DNA of 64,000 nt. Origin: Ruminococcus sp. Zagget11. GTDB taxonomy: Bacteria; Bacillota; Clostridia; Oscillospirales; Ruminococcaceae. Below the pieces are notes generated by a model. It did not search any database. It saw only the letters and a list, made by a program, of their open reading frames with translations, and was not told the DNA's origin. The DNA is taken from NCBI GenBank assembly GCA_001941135.1, contig MSHL01000049.1, positions 497 through 64,496 on the forward strand, written 5' to 3'. The position numbers and the translations under genes are program-made. Shown here piece after piece: positions 60,305-64,000 of this stretch. Position 1 is the stretch's first letter; each line of letters opens with the position of its first letter.

Positions 60305-61789
60305 TTACTTAATTTTCTTTCTACTTATGAAATCATAGCTTCCAAATTCAATCACCTTGAATTTATACTGGTAGTTTCCGTATTCATATCTATGTACTGT
60401 ATTGTCAGCTGCTAAACGTGGAAAATCGGTCGCAATACCGCTGCTAACCCTCGCACGCTCTTTCCCACTCATTCTAACACTTTTCGCCTTGTTTGTCAAC
60501 CCTTTGCCTTTTCTCCCAGCCATCAAGCCTGTTTCCGGATCTTGTATGTAATCGTCTTGATCCCGTGTTTCCGTCAACGCTCCCCCGCTTCCCAAATCCG
60601 CCATAGCATTCGTATTAGGCGTATAAATCCGTCCGGTTTTCGGGTCAAGAAGTACATCGGACAGACCAAGCTTGATATAATTGAACCCGAGGGGCGGCAG
60701 ATCCTCCAAGGCACGGACCTCATCAAGCTGTAAGAAGTTGTTTGCAAGTGCCAGCGCATAAGCGTTGTACCGTGTGGCGGTGTCGCCCCTTGTTGGCTCT
60801 CTTGTGTCAAAAGCAAAGTACAGACTGCCCTTTTCGCTTTCAAGCAGTAAATCGCTGTCAAATGCCGCCTCCATAATATCCAGTATCGGCATTACCGCTG
60901 TCTTGATTGTCTTTTCGTCAATCGCACCGTCAGCCATGCCGAAAATGCTGTAAATACTGTCGTCAATGGACTGCTGAAGCTCGCTTATCTGCATTTCAAC
61001 CGCCGTTGAAGATATTTCCTTGAAATCAACGCCGCTGTTCAAAAACACCATGCTTTCGCTGTCAACGTCCATGTTGCTGTACAGCTTATTCCATGCGCTT
61101 TTTATTTCGTTGACGGCGGCGTTACCCAGCTTGCTTTCCGCTTTCAGAAAGCCCTTTTTGTTGCCGCCTTTTAACAGCTGATTTTTGCGGAATTTCAATA
61201 GATTATATGCAGTGTCAATCAGGGTTGAATTTTCCGAAACAATTCCGCTGCCCTTTCCAAAACCGTCGCTTGACCGCAATATTTTAAGCAGATTGTGAGG
61301 GTAATACGTCCGCCCTTGTATGTTGTAGGTGTAATGCTTTTTGATTATATCACCATCATACTTCATCACAGCAACATTTTTCAGAGAAACGTAATAAAGC
61401 CCGCTTTTGTCTATCACGGAATATGCCGAACCGTACAGCAGCAAATCCTTCGTCCATGCGTATCTCATGCCGTCAGCGTTCAGCGTGTCCCCTGTGGTGC
61501 TGTTCAGCAGCGTAAGCCTGTTATCGTCCTTTATTTCCTCCGGTTTGCCGTCCTCGCCCATGCGGTAAAGTCTTATAGGCAATGCCGCCACAGTAGCCGC
61601 AATGCTGTTTACGCAGTGGGCAATTGCGGGTATCTGCATAGCCGTTTCCGCATTTACAACAGTCTTTCCCGAAAGTACCGCCGCCAGTGTTTCCGCCGTT
61701 ATTGTGCTTTCCGTGTCATGGTCATGAAAAAATCCCGCTCGCTTTTCCACCGGTGCGGGCGTAATGTTTTTCTTGAAAAAATCCCACAT
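60305..61789 (-). CDS. HK97-family phage portal protein with an ~85-aa C-terminal extension
   Basis: AMQIPAIAHCVNSIAATVAALPIRLY, LLYGSAY, LDEVRALEDLPP; extension after YTPNTN. Confidence 0.9.
   Translation of the reverse strand: MWDFFKKNITPAPVEKRAGFFHDHDTESTITAETLAAVLSGKTVVNAETAMQIPAIAHCVNSIAATVAALPIRLYRMGEDGKPEEIKDDNRLTLLNSTTGDTLNADGMRYAWTKDLLLYGSAYSVIDKSGLYYVSLKNVAVMKYDGDIIKKHYTYNIQGRTYYPHNLLKILRSSDGFGKGSGIVSENSTLIDTAYNLLKFRKNQLLKGGNKKGFLKAESKLGNAAVNEIKSAWNKLYSNMDVDSESMVFLNSGVDFKEISSTAVEMQISELQQSIDDSIYSIFGMADGAIDEKTIKTAVMPILDIMEAAFDSDLLLESEKGSLYFAFDTREPTRGDTATRYNAYALALANNFLQLDEVRALEDLPPLGFNYIKLGLSDVLLDPKTGRIYTPNTNAMADLGSGGALTETRDQDDYIQDPETGLMAGRKGKGLTNKAKSVRMSGKERARVSSGIATDFPRLAADNTVHRYEYGNYQYKFKVIEFGSYDFISRKKIK
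60471..60499 (-). promoter_or_regulatory. SigA promoter embedded in the portal coding sequence
   Basis: TTGACA-17 bp-TAGAAT with TG extension, encoding LTNKAKSVRM. Confidence 0.65.
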
Positions 61790-61810
61790 TTCAACCATCC
61801 TTTCTCTAAT

Positions 61811-63484
61811 TTATATAACTTGGCACACAAAATCATTGCCCAGCATTTCGTCCTCCATAAGGATATACACGGCGTTAATAAGCGCCACCACCATATCCAC
61901 CTTACCGCTTGACTTTTTCTTGTTGACATACTTGTTAAGGTTTGTGTCCTCCGTGCATCGTGCGTTCTCGAAGTTATTTTCAAGCAGGCGGTTTTCCTCA
62001 TAGAAAAATGTTTTGCGCAATATATATTCCTTTAACAGCTTTGTAGCCGGGTGCAAAACGCTTGAATGTTGCTTAACCATCGTGCATTGTATCGGGTTAT
62101 CCGCTCCCTCGATTTTCTGCATTGAAGACATAGCGTTATACCTGTCCCATGCGCTGTCTGCAACGGTCACGCCCAGGGTGCTTTCAAGGGAAAGAATATA
62201 ATCCTCCACAACGGAGTAATCTATAATCTCATCGCCGCAGGGTATACACTCGCCGTTTGCAATGCTGCGCTTGTAATCGAAACCCTCTTTTGCCGTTTTT
62301 CCCTCAACCTTATCCTCCGGCAGAAAGCCCAGTACCCTTGCATAAATCTTCCCGTCATCGTAGGTCACCATAGCCACCGCCGTGTTGTCCTCGGTTAGGG
62401 ACAGATCGCAGCCTAAATACACCGTCCTGCCTTTCCACCAACCATCGTCTTTGGGTATTCTGCACCGCTGAACCCTGTCAATCGGTACATACCCCTCCGT
62501 GCCTACGGAACGGTAATGTATATTGCAATGCTTGCAAAGAAAATTTTCCCGCCTGTTTTCGTAAAGCACAGCAAGGGAACGCTTTTCAATAAGATTTGCA
62601 AGCATTTCAGGCTTATTAATCGCCGCAGGATTAGCCTGCAATATTGCGCTGTCGTTGCTTTCCCAGTCGTTTATAAGTTCATCGTCCGGCTCGTAAAGCA
62701 GGGCGAAAACGTTTTTCGCACCATGAACGCCGTCAAGCACCTTTTTCGCATAGTCCACACGGTCGTCAAAGTCGTTGTTCTCGTTAGGGTACTTTGTGGA
62801 AATGATAATGCCCAGCTTGTTTTTAAGCGTAACCTGTGAAGATGTCATAGCCTCCACGGGGTAAGTGTCCATTGCCCCGTCTTCGTCTGCAAGGAAAGCG
62901 TTTGCCAGCTTACCGTCCATGCGGTCGTTGGAGTATGCAAGTGGCGTGTATTCAATGTCGGTCAGCTTGCACAGCACCATGTCACGATTGATTTTGAAGT
63001 GCTTTTCCAAAAGCGGCGACGACTTCACGATTTTACGCACAGCAAGCCGCAGCTCGCTTGACAGCTTATAATCGGGTGCAACGGAAAAAAGTCTTGCAAA
63101 GCGCGGTTCCGTCAGCATAAGCACAATAAAAATAGCGGCGGAAGTAAACGTTTTAAAGTTCTTCCTCGCTATCTCCAAAATACCTATTGTGTACACTCTT
63201 TCCCTTGTGCCCCGCTTGCAGGTGCAAAGCACGGCGAAAATAAACAGCAGTGCGTAATCCTCCAGCCCCTCGTAAAGGTTCACGCCAAAATCGGGGTGCA
63301 TAGCCAGTGACAGAATGCCCTTGACCCGCTTAGCCTCACCCTCGTTAATCTCCAGCTCGCTGTCTTTGCCGTCCGCAATGTCAAGCCATTGTCGGCACTG
63401 CTTTTTCACATACCGCCCCACTATGCCGTTTCCGCTGTCAATACACCACTGTGCATATTTGTATGCCCTTGTGGTTTCAAGCAT
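61811..63484 (-). CDS. Phage terminase large subunit
   Basis: EIARKNFKT Walker A, FLADEDG Walker B, IIST coupling motif, GCDLS, KVDMVVA nuclease motifs. Confidence 0.93.
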   Translation of the reverse strand: MLETTRAYKYAQWCIDSGNGIVGRYVKKQCRQWLDIADGKDSELEINEGEAKRVKGILSLAMHPDFGVNLYEGLEDYALLFIFAVLCTCKRGTRERVYTIGILEIARKNFKTFTSAAIFIVLMLTEPRFARLFSVAPDYKLSSELRLAVRKIVKSSPLLEKHFKINRDMVLCKLTDIEYTPLAYSNDRMDGKLANAFLADEDGAMDTYPVEAMTSSQVTLKNKLGIIISTKYPNENNDFDDRVDYAKKVLDGVHGAKNVFALLYEPDDELINDWESNDSAILQANPAAINKPEMLANLIEKRSLAVLYENRRENFLCKHCNIHYRSVGTEGYVPIDRVQRCRIPKDDGWWKGRTVYLGCDLSLTEDNTAVAMVTYDDGKIYARVLGFLPEDKVEGKTAKEGFDYKRSIANGECIPCGDEIIDYSVVEDYILSLESTLGVTVADSAWDRYNAMSSMQKIEGADNPIQCTMVKQHSSVLHPATKLLKEYILRKTFFYEENRLLENNFENARCTEDTNLNKYVNKKKSSGKVDMVVALINAVYILMEDEMLGNDFVCQVI

Positions 63485-63492
63485 TGTAATTA

Positions 63493-63654
63493 TCACCCTA
63501 CCCTCTTGTTGTGAATTACATCACCTATTTTGTACATTATTTCGGCAATTTTCAAAGACCTGTCAAGGTCGCTGTCGTATTCTTCGGCTAACCTTTCAAG
63601 CCTCTGCAATTGCCTTGCAAGAATTTCCTTGCTTGTTACCCAGTAATCAGCCAT
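63493..63654 (-). CDS. Small phage hypothetical protein
   Basis: 53 aa, AAGGTG RBS, tightly packed before the terminase. Confidence 0.6.
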   Translation of the reverse strand: MADYWVTSKEILARQLQRLERLAEEYDSDLDRSLKIAEIMYKIGDVIHNKRVG

Positions 63655-63659
63655 TGCTG

Positions 63660-63851
63660 TCACCTTTCTTTCGCTACCAAACAACAATCCAATATCTCGG
63701 CGGCACTTTCGGCATTTACACCTGTTATACTCGGCAAAATGCGTTCAATGTACCCAAAAATTTCCGCTGTGTCCCTAAGAGTGCGACCGTTCTTTTCAAG
63801 CACCGCCAAAATATCCTTTACCGTCTGCACGTTTCTTTCGTTTATTTCCAT
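63660..63851 (-). CDS. Small phage hypothetical protein
   Basis: 63 aa, AAAGGTGA RBS. Confidence 0.6.
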   Translation of the reverse strand: MEINERNVQTVKDILAVLEKNGRTLRDTAEIFGYIERILPSITGVNAESAAEILDCCLVAKER

Positions 63852-63875
63852 GCATATCACCTTTCTTTCACCATG

Positions 63876-63916
63876 AAAAAACGCTCTCCACGGGTTTATC
63901 CGTGGGGAACGTTTTT
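63876..63916 (-). terminator. Terminator-like hairpin inside the element (copy 2)
   Basis: aaaaacgctctccacgg-gtttat-ccgtggggaacgttttt. Confidence 0.7.
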
Positions 63917-63949
63917 GTTAAACATATTAAAAATCCTCGATAGTTAATC

Positions 63950-64000
63950 TTACATTGTTATGCGGAGAAGATGATCCCATTCCTCTTGTGCCTTTCTCGC
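63950..64000 (-). CDS. 3' end of an unidentified element gene (partial)
   Basis: Open frame ..ARKAQEEWDHLLRITM* ending just before the terminator. Confidence 0.35.
   Translation of the reverse strand, partial: ARKAQEEWDHLLRITM

Larger units (their letters stand above)
55707..64000 (-). mobile_element. Prophage/phage-satellite-like element, probably integrated at the tRNA-Pro 3' end (extends beyond window)
   Basis: Terminase, portal, HK97 gp10-like and tape measure genes next to a tRNA 3' end with arm-type repeats; no integrase in the window. Confidence 0.8.

Overview
A 64-kb chromosomal segment from a low-to-mid-GC, spore-forming Clostridia bacterium (gene content and order resemble Ruminococcaceae/Oscillospiraceae; taxonomy is inferred). 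Bases 1-55,000 are mostly housekeeping: malic enzyme end, adhE, two tRNA-Gln genes, ffs-rnz-dnaX-ybaB-recR, thyA, a MacAB/YknXYZ-type exporter, lepA-hemW, maf, DAHP synthase, metY, a TPP-riboswitch thiC-thiE-thiD-HAD operon, a two-component system, ptsH-ptsI, cca, nrdR, aroB-aroA-aroC-galK, spoIVB, coaBC, dut and rimO-pgsA. Several small non-autonomous repeats are interspersed. The most unusual part is the right end. First, the spore-coat Mn-catalase gene cotJC is cut at a serine-recombinase-like inverted-repeat site and its 5' half is not in the window. Second, a tRNA-Pro(GGG) gene follows directly. Third, a stripped-down phage-like element appears to be integrated at that tRNA: terminase, a portal with a C-terminal extension, an embedded promoter and a small acidic gene, an HK97 gp10-like gene and a tape measure gene. 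There is no capsid, tail-tube, baseplate or lysis gene between them or after them. ptsI has an in-frame TGA exactly at its catalytic Cys. Four frameshifts and several substitutions at conserved residues suggest a noisy consensus, so single-base lesions need read-level checks.
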